Virus record (IMG/VR): IMGVR_UViG_3300043499_000238
Coordinates: 1 to 64,000 of that record
DNA: 64,000 bases
Strand: one strand, 5' to 3'
From: a virus
Below, piece by piece: positions 18,921-27,703 of the stretch; within the stretch, counting starts at the first letter, position 1, and the number at the start of each line of letters is the position of its first letter. Below the pieces are notes generated by a model. That model saw nothing but the letters and a program-made list of their open reading frames with translations, made no database searches and was not told where the DNA came from. The position numbers and the translations under genes were made by a program.

Positions 18921-20215
18921 GGCTGTACTTCTCAGGTGCTGAGGTAGGAGCGCACCGCAAGCGCTTCGCCAAGCTCGATGTGCGACGTGTCGCCTTCAAC
19001 CTCGGACCTGTGCTCAACAGCGGCGGGCACAGCTCAGTGGCGCCCGACGACCTGCTGCCGTTCGTGACGTTGTTCTACGCCTCACAGACAGTTGATGTCG
19101 ACAAGGCGGCCGAGATCATGCGAGCGCATGGTGACGAGACGTCGCTCGCAGTAGGCATGGAGTACTCCGGCCGCTTCCCGGGCACGGCTATCCCCCTGTG
19201 GAATGGTGTCGATGTCGACGCCGCACTCGAAGCGATGGTGGAGCACGGCGCCGTCTGCATCGAGGAGGCCGACCTGCTGGAGAAGCGGAACCAGATCCCG
19301 CTCAACGCCTTCGTCGCCCGCAACCCGAGCGTCCACCTCTACTGCGCCACCTCGAAGGTCGACGCCCTCGCTCTGCCGTGTCTCACCGACGCCATCGTGG
19401 CGGGTTGGATCGCCACGCAGAAGCACCGTGAGTTCCAGGTGTGGGACGGCAAGAAGGTGCGCAAGTTCCCACGTACCGCGCGCAGCGCCGCCGTCGACAA
19501 CGCCATCGGCCAGATCAACAACATGGGCTGCGACCCCACGAAGTTGAAGGAGGGCGACGTGGACGAGCTGGTGCGCCTCTCGTTCGCCTCGTGGCGCCAG
19601 TACGAGTCAGTCGTTGCTACCGCGTCGTTCCAGCAGAGTGTCGAGCCGATGTCCGAGACCGGGGGTGGTGTTGGGATCGCACGTCCCGAACCGCGTCCAA
19701 GAGACCGGGTGCTGCTACCGGTGCTGGCTGCGTTCGAGCAGACCGAGAACGGCGGTGTAGCTCGCACCTCGATCGACTCACTGCGTCAGTGCAACGGCTG
19801 CTTCATCGCTCACGCATGCCCCGGCTACGAGCCGGACCACGCTTGCGCCTACTCGGTACCGGTCGAGATCCGCACCGTCAAGCAGATGCGCGACGCCCAA
19901 CAGCTCGTGCACGAGATCCAGTGGCAACGCATCCTGTTCATGCGACTCGCCGAGGAAGTCTCAGGTAGCGAGCTGGATCCGCACCTCGGTCGTGAGATGG
20001 ACCGCTTCTTCGCTCAGGCCGAGTCGGTAGCTCGCCAGAGCGAGAGCCGCTCGACGCTGACGATCCAGTCCACCGACTCCACAGGTGGTGGTGGGATCCT
20101 CGCCTCGATCTTCGGTGGTGCGATGAGCAAGGGTGCTCAGGCACTCCCACAGCCGGTGCCGAGTGACGAGATCCTCGCCGAGGCGTGGGAGGCGGTACCA
20201 ACGACGGCCGACTGA
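18917..20215 (+). CDS. Conserved phage protein with C-terminal 4-Cys cluster
   Basis: MRLYFSGAE N-terminus; RQCNGCFIAHACP...CAY. Confidence 0.75.
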   Translation: MRLYFSGAEVGAHRKRFAKLDVRRVAFNLGPVLNSGGHSSVAPDDLLPFVTLFYASQTVDVDKAAEIMRAHGDETSLAVGMEYSGRFPGTAIPLWNGVDVDAALEAMVEHGAVCIEEADLLEKRNQIPLNAFVARNPSVHLYCATSKVDALALPCLTDAIVAGWIATQKHREFQVWDGKKVRKFPRTARSAAVDNAIGQINNMGCDPTKLKEGDVDELVRLSFASWRQYESVVATASFQQSVEPMSETGGGVGIARPEPRPRDRVLLPVLAAFEQTENGGVARTSIDSLRQCNGCFIAHACPGYEPDHACAYSVPVEIRTVKQMRDAQQLVHEIQWQRILFMRLAEEVSGSELDPHLGREMDRFFAQAESVARQSESRSTLTIQSTDSTGGGGILASIFGGAMSKGAQALPQPVPSDEILAEAWEAVPTTAD

Positions 20216-20240
20216 GCGTCGCTGAATCGGGGTACGTCGC

Positions 20241-20310
20241 TTTCCAATCGCCCAAACGGCGACACCCCCCTTCCAGAAACGGCACGAACTACGCTCGGCA
20301 TAGAGCCGAG
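20241..20310 (+). repeat. ~70 bp conserved non-coding element, copy 1
   Basis: TTTCCAATC-N11-GAnACCCCCCTTnCAGAAnCGGnAC, then hairpin CTCGGC/GCCGAG; copy 2 at 21713. Confidence 0.8.
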
Positions 20311-20324
20311 ACCAAGGAGACGTC

Positions 20325-20897
20325 ATGACCGAGACCGACACCCCGGAGGGCACCGAGGTCGCACACACGACCAGCCCCGAGCTGCGCGAGCGTGACCCCG
20401 AGACGGCGCCGGATCCCGTCGACACGACCGAGGCCGAGTCGCTCGATGAGGTCCATGCCATGGCGGCCTACAACCGGGCCGTGATGGGTCCGGCGGCCGA
20501 CGATCCCACCATCGCCACGCCCGGCACCGATCCGGTCCCCGAGCCTGGCCCCGGTCCCGAGGACAACGAGGCGCTCGACAACGCCACGGGCGGAGCACTG
20601 AGCAACGCCGCCGAGACCGGTACCGCATGGCCCGAGCCGCGCGACCACGACAGCTTCGCCAACAAGGGCGAGCTGGAGGCGCGCAAGGACGAGAACATCG
20701 GGATCAAGACGACGTTCGACCTCAACGCTCCCGGCGAGCAGGGTGATGTCGAAGGTGACGACGGCAGCGGCGAGTTCGACCCCGGCAATCACACCGTCGC
20801 CGAGGTGCAGGACTACCTCGATGCTCACCCCGAAGAGGAAGAGCGAGTGCTCGCCGCCGAGGCCAACGGCAAGAACCGCGCTGGCATCGTCGGTTAG
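20325..20897 (+). CDS. Acidic protein with C-terminal FDP..HTVAEV..YL...ERVLAAE..GK.R module (likely virion-associated)
   Basis: SD AAGGAG; C-terminal motif seen in actinophage structural-region proteins. Confidence 0.75.
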   Translation: MTETDTPEGTEVAHTTSPELRERDPETAPDPVDTTEAESLDEVHAMAAYNRAVMGPAADDPTIATPGTDPVPEPGPGPEDNEALDNATGGALSNAAETGTAWPEPRDHDSFANKGELEARKDENIGIKTTFDLNAPGEQGDVEGDDGSGEFDPGNHTVAEVQDYLDAHPEEEERVLAAEANGKNRAGIVG

Positions 20898-21151
20898 TCG
20901 TCGTCCCAGCCGGGAACCGACTGACCTACGGCGGAGTCGAGGCGGTCCTCGGCACCTCCAACGACGGGGACCGTCTCCCGCCGTAGTCTCACTTGACGAC
21001 CGTGCCCACTGCCGTTGTGCAGTGGGCACTTGTCGTTGTCGCCCTTGGCCGCCCAGCCGTGCTTACGCCCCGCTCTGAACCGGCATAGGCACGCACCGCA
21101 GATGTGGCACCAGCGCCCGTCGTAGCGCTCTCGACAGCGAACGATGAGCAC
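20894..21151 (-). CDS. Small Cys-rich hypothetical protein
   Basis: Abuts the ParB-like gene; several Cys. Confidence 0.4.
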   Translation of the reverse strand: MLIVRCRERYDGRWCHICGACLCRFRAGRKHGWAAKGDNDKCPLHNGSGHGRQVRLRRETVPVVGGAEDRLDSAVGQSVPGWDDD

Positions 21152-21577
21152 TTAGCCGTACGGGTCGTCGTAGACCGGCGCAGGCACCGGAGCACGAGGT
21201 GCTTCCGGCTCAGGGTTGTCCAGCTCGTGCTGAGTCACGTAGCTGACCGGCACCGGGTATTGACGCTGGGTGCTCTGCTGTAGACCGTGAGCAATGGCGA
21301 CGCGGTGATGCCCCTCAACGAGCTTGTCCGGCGCCCCCTCGATACCGGGCATGATCATGATTGGTCGCTGCACGCCGTGCTCGGCGATGTTCGACTGCAG
21401 CCGCCCGTACAAGCGCCCCGACTCGGCCGTCTTGGCCTCCATCACGTCACCCGGTGAGAGCTGGCGCCCGTAGCGGTCTTCCATGTGCTCGGCAGAGTGC
21501 ATCTCGCCCGCCATCATGCGGTTGTAGATCACCGAGGGATCGAGCTGGGTCGGGCGCTCGGCCGTGGAGCGGATCAC
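21152..21577 (-). CDS. ParB/Srx-like domain protein, paralog 4
   Basis: HGVQRPI...LVEGHHRVAIA...VPV; leaderless TAGCGT-7nt-GTG at 21577. Confidence 0.75.
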   Translation of the reverse strand: MIRSTAERPTQLDPSVIYNRMMAGEMHSAEHMEDRYGRQLSPGDVMEAKTAESGRLYGRLQSNIAEHGVQRPIMIMPGIEGAPDKLVEGHHRVAIAHGLQQSTQRQYPVPVSYVTQHELDNPEPEAPRAPVPAPVYDDPYG

Positions 21578-21703
21578 ACTGCCAACGCTACGCGAAGCAG
21601 GACCGCCCGGGGGACGGCCCTGCTCTCGGAGACAATGGTGAGCACCCCATAGAACTCGATGGCGTGTCGAGACGCAGCATAGGGCAGCCAGTACGCTCGC
21701 GCC

Positions 21704-21930
21704 AGGAGGCCGTTTCCAATCACTGATTTGGAGAGACCCCCCTTTCAGAATCGGGACATGATCTGGCTCGGGACGCCGAGCCGGTAGGTGCGCCGGAGCG
21801 GCGACGCACGCCCACCCCTTCCGCCGGGGGCGGCGAATGGCGAGACCGCCCCGACGCACCGTTCTACCGAGCATGCGGTACTCCGCCCGGCGGACCATGT
21901 CGCACCCCCTGCGTAGGGTCGTGGCATGGG
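21704..21930 (+). ncRNA. Candidate structured RNA
   Basis: TACGCT at 21692 with no start codon after it; stems GACATG/CATGTC, CGGTAG/CTACCG, GGTGCG/CGCACC, GGGGCGG/CCGCCCC. Confidence 0.4.
21713..21782 (+). repeat. ~70 bp conserved non-coding element, copy 2
   Basis: Same spacing as 20241-20310; hairpin GGCTCGG/CCGAGCC. Confidence 0.8.
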
Positions 21931-21954
21931 AGGAAATGTCGACAGATGTTGTGC

Positions 21955-21999
21955 TGAGACGTTGCACGACGTTGAACATCTGCTACTATCACTGGTGTG
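21955..21999 (+). promoter_or_regulatory. Class-1 promoter/operator element
   Basis: TTGCAC-16-(TGC)TACTAT-CACTGGT-GTG; CGTTG at 21960 and 21970. Confidence 0.85.
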
Positions 22000-22806
22000 A
22001 GCAACGCACCTGCCTCTCCCCCTCAGCTCGGCTTCATCGAGCGACTCCTCGCCGAGCGCACCAGCCAGGCGCCCCAGGGTGTCGACGCCTTCATGGAGGT
22101 GCTGCGCACCAAGCGGATCACCAAGGAAGGCGCCAGCTCGCTGATCAACAGCCTGCTGGCCATCCCGGTGGACGTGGTCGAGGCGCCGGTCGCCGAGGCT
22201 GGCACCCCGGCCCGTGACCTGAGCCGCCGCAGCAACGCCTACGCAGGCAAGTGCGGCAAGTGCGGCCACACCGTGGCAGCGCGCGAGGGGTACCTCACCG
22301 GCAGCCGCGGCAACTGGGGCTGCGAGCACCTGGAGGGCGCCTGCCCCACCGAGGCCGCCAAGCCCGGCGTGCACGAGCTGAGCGAGATCGTGGGCGACCT
22401 GGAGGACGGCAACTACGCCATCCCCGCCACGTCCGGTGAGACCGACGTGTGGTACTTCACGGTCAAGACGAACAAGGGGTTCTACAACCCCGACAAGAAG
22501 GGTCAGCGCATCGTGCGCATGGTCGCTGGCGGCGGCAACGAGTTCCCGATCACCAACGAGTGGGTGCGCAAGGCTGTCGCCTCGGTGCGTGCGCTCGGCA
22601 CCACCGAGTCGATGCAGATGTTCGCTCGTGAGATGCACATCTGCGGCCGCTGCGGTGAGGATCTGACTCAGGTCACGAGCAAGGTCACCGGCTTCGGCCC
22701 GGTGTGCCGCCGCAAGATCCACTACGTGGTCTCCCCCGCCGAGGCCGCTGAGATCAAGCGCCTCATCGAGGAGGCCAAGGCTCGTGGCGAAGACTTGTTG
22801 GTCTGA
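21997..22806 (+). CDS. Protein with C-terminal DUF6011-like zinc motif
   Basis: CGRCGEDLT..TS...GFGPVC. Confidence 0.8.
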   Translation: MSNAPASPPQLGFIERLLAERTSQAPQGVDAFMEVLRTKRITKEGASSLINSLLAIPVDVVEAPVAEAGTPARDLSRRSNAYAGKCGKCGHTVAAREGYLTGSRGNWGCEHLEGACPTEAAKPGVHELSEIVGDLEDGNYAIPATSGETDVWYFTVKTNKGFYNPDKKGQRIVRMVAGGGNEFPITNEWVRKAVASVRALGTTESMQMFAREMHICGRCGEDLTQVTSKVTGFGPVCRRKIHYVVSPAEAAEIKRLIEEAKARGEDLLV

Positions 22807-22849
22807 GACGTTGTACATCGTTGAACGACCTGCTACCATCACTGCTGTG
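22804..22849 (+). promoter_or_regulatory. Class-1 promoter/operator element
   Basis: TTGTAC-17-(TGC)TACCAT-CACTGCT-GTG; CGTTG at 22809 and 22819. Confidence 0.85.
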
Positions 22850-24436
22850 ACCACCACCACCAACTACCGCACTGCACTCGGCCCCCTCGCCGACGTCGTG
22901 ATGCCTCACCTCATGGGCGAGGCGCACGTCGTCGCTCGTGGGCTGGCCGCCATGGCAGTCGCCACCGACGCCGACCTCGACACCTCGAACATCCTCGCCC
23001 CCGGCGTGGTGCTGTTCCCCTACCAGCGCGCTGGCATCGTCTACGCCCTGCAGGCCCGTCGCTGCGTCATCGGACACGCCATGGGCCTCGGCAAGACGGT
23101 CCAGGCCATCGCCGCCCTCGCCATCGAGAAGCGCAACACCGGCAGCCTCCGGGCGCTCGTGGTCGCTCCTCCGAGCCTCACCCTGAACTGGGTGCGTGAG
23201 TTCAAGATGTTCGCACCGCACCTCACGGTCGCAGTGGTCAAGGGCCAGACGCCCTCCGAGGTGCCGGACACCGACGTCGTGATCATCGGTCACAGCGTCG
23301 TCAAGCACTGGGAGAAGGCACTCATCGCCGCCCAGTTCGACGCACTCGTGATCGATGAGAGCCAGAACTTCAAGAGCCGCACGGCGCAGCGCACGAAGAG
23401 CATGCAGCAGGTCGCCCGCTGGCTGGACGACGATGCGCTCGTGCTCCTGCTCTCCGGCACGTTCGTCACCAACGACCCGGGCGAGGCCGCCCCGCAGCTC
23501 CAGATCCTCAACGTCATCGACGGGCTGTTCGGCGACGTGTTCGGCTTCCTCGACCGCTACTACCCCAAGGTCAACAAGTGGGACCGCGAGCCTCGCAACC
23601 TCGCCGAGCTGCACGAGATCCTCCTCGACTCGTGCTACTGCCGCCTGACGTTCGATCAGGTGCGTGGCCAGATGGGCGACCGTGCGCCGAAGGGTGTCGC
23701 TCGCCAGAGCACCGCCGTGGAGATGCACGGCAAGGCTGCCACCGACTACAAGGTCGCTCTGGCCAAGCTCCGCAGCTACCTGCTGGAGCACCACGAGGAG
23801 ATCGCTCTGGAGGAGGGCATGACCATCGCCGAGGCCGAGCGCCTCGCCGAGGAGAAGACGGAGCGCAGCATGAAGGCTGAGGCGCTCGTGCAGCTCGGCG
23901 TGCTCCGCCGCCTGGCTGGCGAGGCCAAGATCCCGAGCGTCATCTCGTTCGTGGAGAACCTGGTGGAGCAGGGCGAGCAGGTCATCGTCTTCGGTTGGCA
24001 CAAGGACGTTGTCCGCACCATCGCTGCCCACTTCGGTGCTCGCACGATCATGGGTGGTGACAAGGTGGAGGCTGTCGAGGAGGCCAAGGCTCGCTTCCAG
24101 GCCGGGCTGGACAAGGTCATCGTGCTCAACATCAAGGCAGGCGGCACGGGCCACACGCTCACCGCCGCCAGCCAGGTCGTCTTCGCCGAGTTCCCCTGGA
24201 CGCCCACCGACTACCAGCAGGCCGAGGCCCGCGCCGACCGCATCGGTCAGACCGAGCTGGTCACCTCGCACGCTCTGCTCGCCGCCAACGGTGAGAGCAC
24301 GATCGATGAGGCGCTCGTGGGCATCCTCAACCGCAAGGCGCTGATCGTCGGCGAGCTGCTCGACGGCAAGGCTGACACCCTGATCGAGGATCAGAGTGTC
24401 GCCGACGCCCTCCTCGATTGGGCGAGGGGGGCGTGA
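22847..24436 (+). CDS. Second SNF2-family (HARP-like) helicase
   Basis: LFPYQ, MGLGKT, IDESQ, LSGT, GTGHTLT, QAEARADRIGQ. Confidence 0.92.
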   Translation: MTTTTNYRTALGPLADVVMPHLMGEAHVVARGLAAMAVATDADLDTSNILAPGVVLFPYQRAGIVYALQARRCVIGHAMGLGKTVQAIAALAIEKRNTGSLRALVVAPPSLTLNWVREFKMFAPHLTVAVVKGQTPSEVPDTDVVIIGHSVVKHWEKALIAAQFDALVIDESQNFKSRTAQRTKSMQQVARWLDDDALVLLLSGTFVTNDPGEAAPQLQILNVIDGLFGDVFGFLDRYYPKVNKWDREPRNLAELHEILLDSCYCRLTFDQVRGQMGDRAPKGVARQSTAVEMHGKAATDYKVALAKLRSYLLEHHEEIALEEGMTIAEAERLAEEKTERSMKAEALVQLGVLRRLAGEAKIPSVISFVENLVEQGEQVIVFGWHKDVVRTIAAHFGARTIMGGDKVEAVEEAKARFQAGLDKVIVLNIKAGGTGHTLTAASQVVFAEFPWTPTDYQQAEARADRIGQTELVTSHALLAANGESTIDEALVGILNRKALIVGELLDGKADTLIEDQSVADALLDWARGA

Positions 24437-24447
24437 TGGTTGAGCCG

Positions 24448-24492
24448 AGATGTTGTGCATCGTTGAACGACGGTGCTACACTCACCAGCATG
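24448..24492 (+). promoter_or_regulatory. Class-1 promoter/operator element
   Basis: TTGTGC-18-(TGC)TACACT-CACCAGC-ATG. Confidence 0.85.
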
Positions 24493-25248
24493 AACGCACC
24501 CACGCCCGAGCAGGAGCACGACGACCGGCTCCTCGCCCTCTTCCTCGCCGCCGACCAGGCCGAGCAGCAGCTCGCCTGGAAGACCGACACCTACCGCCGC
24601 GAGTCGTTGACCCGCAACGACCCCCGCCAGGGCTGGAAGGGGCCGAAGGACATCCGCACGATGAACGAGGTCGCCGACGACCTGCAGGCCCGCCGCGACG
24701 AGCTGGTCCCGTTCTGGACCGAGCGCTCGGACAACGCCGAGGACGCCGCCCGCATGATCGCCTACACGGTCGGCGAGCTGGACCAGGTCGAGACGGCGTA
24801 CTTCGAGGCGCTCGGCGCCACGGCTGTCGCCCGGTACGAGATCACCGCCCACGAGCAGAGCTACACCGGCTGGCAGCGCTACTTCCTCGTGACCAGCTCG
24901 GCCGGTCTCGTGCACGCCAGCATGAACTGCAGCACCTGCAACAAGGGCCGCCAGGCCACGACGTTCGCTCTGCTGCCGAGCTGCTCGGGCCGCTCGCACG
25001 AGGCGCTCGTTGCGGCGCTCGGGCCGTCGCTGTGCAGCGTCTGCTTCCCCGACGCCCCGGTCGCCTGGACCGACGAGCAGAGGATCTCCCCCAACGTCGC
25101 CACGGTGCTCGCCACCCAGGGCGAGGAGGCGTTCTGGACGGCGCTCGCCGACAGCCGTGCGAAGGCTGCCAAGCGCGCCGCCACCAAGGCTCGCAACGAC
25201 GCCGAGCTGGCCGCCCGCCGGGCCGCCCGTGCTGCAGGCAATCGTTGA
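24490..25248 (+). CDS. Conserved actinophage protein with H..CSTC...LCSVCFPDAPV motif
   Basis: Motif and promoter-defined start. Confidence 0.8.
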   Translation: MNAPTPEQEHDDRLLALFLAADQAEQQLAWKTDTYRRESLTRNDPRQGWKGPKDIRTMNEVADDLQARRDELVPFWTERSDNAEDAARMIAYTVGELDQVETAYFEALGATAVARYEITAHEQSYTGWQRYFLVTSSAGLVHASMNCSTCNKGRQATTFALLPSCSGRSHEALVAALGPSLCSVCFPDAPVAWTDEQRISPNVATVLATQGEEAFWTALADSRAKAAKRAATKARNDAELAARRAARAAGNR

Positions 25249-25294
25249 ACGACGTTGCGTAACCACCACCACTGCTGCTACCATCACTGACATG
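25241..25294 (+). promoter_or_regulatory. Class-1 promoter/operator element
   Basis: CGTTGAACGACG-TTGCGT-18-(TGC)TACCAT-CACTGAC-ATG. Confidence 0.85.
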
Positions 25295-25522
25295 AGCACT
25301 TCCAATCCCTACGTCGTCAGCCGTGCGGCCCGCGACATCGTCGTCGGCAACGTCCTGCTGGACGGCAAGGTCACCCGCGTCGACGCCGCCACCACGCCCG
25401 GCGTGATCTACCTCTGGCTGAACGGCAGCCTCAACGTCGCCGCCGACGTGGTCCTGAACCACGGCGACCCCGTCAAGGTCTACCCGCAGGGCCGCGGCCG
25501 CGTCGGCGCCCCCCGCGCCTGA
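25292..25522 (+). CDS. Small beta-rich hypothetical protein
   Basis: Promoter-defined ATG. Confidence 0.75.
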   Translation: MSTSNPYVVSRAARDIVVGNVLLDGKVTRVDAATTPGVIYLWLNGSLNVAADVVLNHGDPVKVYPQGRGRVGAPRA

Positions 25523-25565
25523 TCCACCACCCACTGACCAACCACCTCACCAAGGAACCACCACC

Positions 25566-26039
25566 ATGAAGCGCAACGAGATCGCTACCGGCACCCCCGT
25601 GCGGATCCGCCCCAGCAACAGCCGCTACGGCCACAACTACGGCCACAACATCGGCCGCATCGTGAGCGACAACGTGTCGCTCCGCACCGTCGGCTACTTC
25701 GGCAAGACGACCGCTCTGGTCGACGTCGAGTGGTACGCCACGCTGAGCAGCGACGGCTCCACCCGACGCTGGGCCGAGACCCGGGTCGAGAAGACCGACT
25801 CCCGCAAGCTGGAGGCGATCGATGTCGCCAAGCTCGCCGCCGAGTACCGCGCGAGCCACGAGCTGGAGCAGGCCCACCAGAACGACGTCATCGAACGGCG
25901 TGACCAGATCGACGCCAACCTCGCCACCATCCGCGCCGCCCTCGGTAACGACCAGTGGGGCTACGCCCGCAACGAGCGCGAGATCACGCTCACCGCCGCC
26001 GAGCTGGCCGCCATCGTGAGCAAGGTCGTGGCGTCATGA
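25566..26039 (+). CDS. Hypothetical protein
   Basis: SD AAGGAACCACC. Confidence 0.75.
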   Translation: MKRNEIATGTPVRIRPSNSRYGHNYGHNIGRIVSDNVSLRTVGYFGKTTALVDVEWYATLSSDGSTRRWAETRVEKTDSRKLEAIDVAKLAAEYRASHELEQAHQNDVIERRDQIDANLATIRAALGNDQWGYARNEREITLTAAELAAIVSKVVAS

Positions 26040-26302
26040 GCCTCACCGTCGCACTGCAGCACCACCTGCAGTACAACCACTACCCATCGATCAGTGCTCG
26101 GTTCGTGCCGTCCGCTGAGCGCGCCATCGAGCTGGCCAACGAGGACGACTGGGACGCCATGATCGAGCTGCCCAACGGCGTGTCGATCTCGGTCGGCGAG
26201 ATCGTGGACCAGCTCCACCTCACCACGTTCGTCACGTTCCCCGAGGACGAGGAGCTGGAGGACGACCTGGAGGAGATCGAGCGCCAGGAGCTGTCGCGGT
26301 GA
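26036..26302 (+). CDS. Hypothetical protein
   Basis: ATGA overlap; HLQYNHYP motif. Confidence 0.7.
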   Translation: MSLTVALQHHLQYNHYPSISARFVPSAERAIELANEDDWDAMIELPNGVSISVGEIVDQLHLTTFVTFPEDEELEDDLEEIERQELSR

Positions 26303-26469
26303 GCAACCCCCGCGACAACGCCGACGACGCCTACGCAGCGTTCATGAGCATGCCCCAGTCCGAGTGGCTCGGGCTGTGCATGTCACTGCTCGGAGGCGGC
26401 GTGCTGCAGCCCGAGGAGCAGATCGGGTTCGAGCGTGCGCTCGCCGACCGAGCGAAGGCGCAGGGCTGA
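26299..26469 (+). CDS. Small hypothetical protein (56 aa)
   Basis: GTGA overlap; codon usage. Confidence 0.55.
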   Translation: MSNPRDNADDAYAAFMSMPQSEWLGLCMSLLGGGVLQPEEQIGFERALADRAKAQG

Positions 26470-26636
26470 GTCATTCAACAGAATGCCACCATTGCCCTCT
26501 GTACGCCCCTGTGAGCGACGCAAGCGAATCTGCGCACCGAACACCGCACCGAGGCCCGTTACGTCGATCCTGGCGCAACGGGCTTCGTCGCGTAACGGCC
26601 GCTGGTCCATGGCGCAGTAGGCGCAGAGGCTCGTGG
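26470..26636 (-). ncRNA. Candidate small RNA from a divergent promoter
   Basis: Minus-strand TGTTGAACGA...TGCTATCATCAC promoter (26641-26670) with no start codon at +1; stem CGTTACG/CGTAACG. Confidence 0.4.
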
Positions 26637-26682
26637 GCGAGTGATGATAGCAACGCACCATCGTTCAACAAATGCTCGCAAC

Positions 26683-26725
26683 CACGTTGGCACGGCGTTG
26701 AACGTCTGCTAGCATCACTCTCGTG
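26683..26725 (+). promoter_or_regulatory. Class-1 promoter/operator element
   Basis: TTGGCA-17-(TGC)TAGCAT-CACTCTC-GTG. Confidence 0.85.
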
Positions 26726-26902
26726 ACCACCACCCCAACCCCCGGCACCCGCGTGTCGATCCGCAAGTACGGCTCGGTGTACCCGGCCTTCCTCGTGCGC
26801 ACCACGCCCACGCGGGCACTCGTGCGCTTCACCACCAAGGCCGGTCGGGCCAAGGAGATGTTCATCCCCTTGTCCGACGTGCTCGGCAAGTCCCCGTACT
26901 GA
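26723..26902 (+). CDS. Small SH3/KOW-like protein (59 aa, below ORF-track cutoff)
   Basis: Promoter-defined GTG; MTTTPTPGTRVSIRKYG... Confidence 0.7.
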   Translation: MTTTPTPGTRVSIRKYGSVYPAFLVRTTPTRALVRFTTKAGRAKEMFIPLSDVLGKSPY

Positions 26903-26929
26903 CCAACCACCACCACCGAAGGAACCACC

Positions 26930-27703
26930 GTGACTGACACCGCAACCACCACCAACTTCGAGCTGGACATCCTGCTCGCCAAGGTCGAGAAGATGTGGCG
27001 CCGGGCCAACCACCCGAACACGCCCCCGGCCGAGAAGGCCGTCGCCGAGGCCAAGGCGCTGTCGCTCATGGCGCAGCACCGCATCGAGATGGCGATGCTC
27101 AACATCGAGCAGGCCGACGAGCTGGCTGACCACGAGTACGGCGTGTTGAAGGGCGCCTACGGCCTGCTGCACGCCAGCCTGATCTCCGAGGTCGCCCAGG
27201 CGTACGACTGCCGTGTTTGGTGGCGCTCCAGCGGGATGACGTACAACGTGCGCATCAGCGGGTTCCGCTCCGACTTCGAGCGCGTCAAGCGCCTCGCCAA
27301 CTTCCTCCTCACCGATGCGGTGGCGCAGTCGTGCGAGTTCAAGTCGCGGTCGATCGCAGTCACCAAGGACTACCGGCGCTCGTTCGTCGCCGGGTACACG
27401 GTCGAGATCGGCAAGCGCCTGCGCGAGAGCGTGCGCCTCGCTCGCACCGCTGCCGTGGCGCACGCCGCTGAGACCGTGACCGAGGCGGCTGCCGAGCAGC
27501 GCGTCGTGGGCGCCGAGCTGGTGCTCGTGGAGCGCAAGAAGGCCGTCGAGTCGTTCATGCGCACCAAGCGCCTGCGTCACGTCGGCCACTCCACGGGGCG
27601 CAGCTCCAACGGTCGGGCCAACGGCGCCATCGCCGCCCGCAACGCTGACCTCAGCGGCGGCCGCAACCGGGTCGGCTCGGGCACCAAGGCGCTCGGGCGA
27701 TGA
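26930..27703 (+). CDS. DUF2786-domain protein
   Basis: LLAKVEKM..RA..P.TP.AE...A.AKA..LM..H.I; RRSFVAGY. Confidence 0.8.
   Translation: MTDTATTTNFELDILLAKVEKMWRRANHPNTPPAEKAVAEAKALSLMAQHRIEMAMLNIEQADELADHEYGVLKGAYGLLHASLISEVAQAYDCRVWWRSSGMTYNVRISGFRSDFERVKRLANFLLTDAVAQSCEFKSRSIAVTKDYRRSFVAGYTVEIGKRLRESVRLARTAAVAHAAETVTEAAAEQRVVGAELVLVERKKAVESFMRTKRLRHVGHSTGRSSNGRANGAIAARNADLSGGRNRVGSGTKALGR

Noticed and set aside
15440-21577. ParABS plasmid-prophage partition system
   Set aside because: No ParA in the window, and the ParB-like proteins lack HTH/dimerisation domains
22763-24460. Long antisense ORFs (also 12011-13273, 49252-50895, 57239-58525, 62488-63717)
   Set aside because: Shadow frames of real genes caused by high GC3; no motifs or start signals
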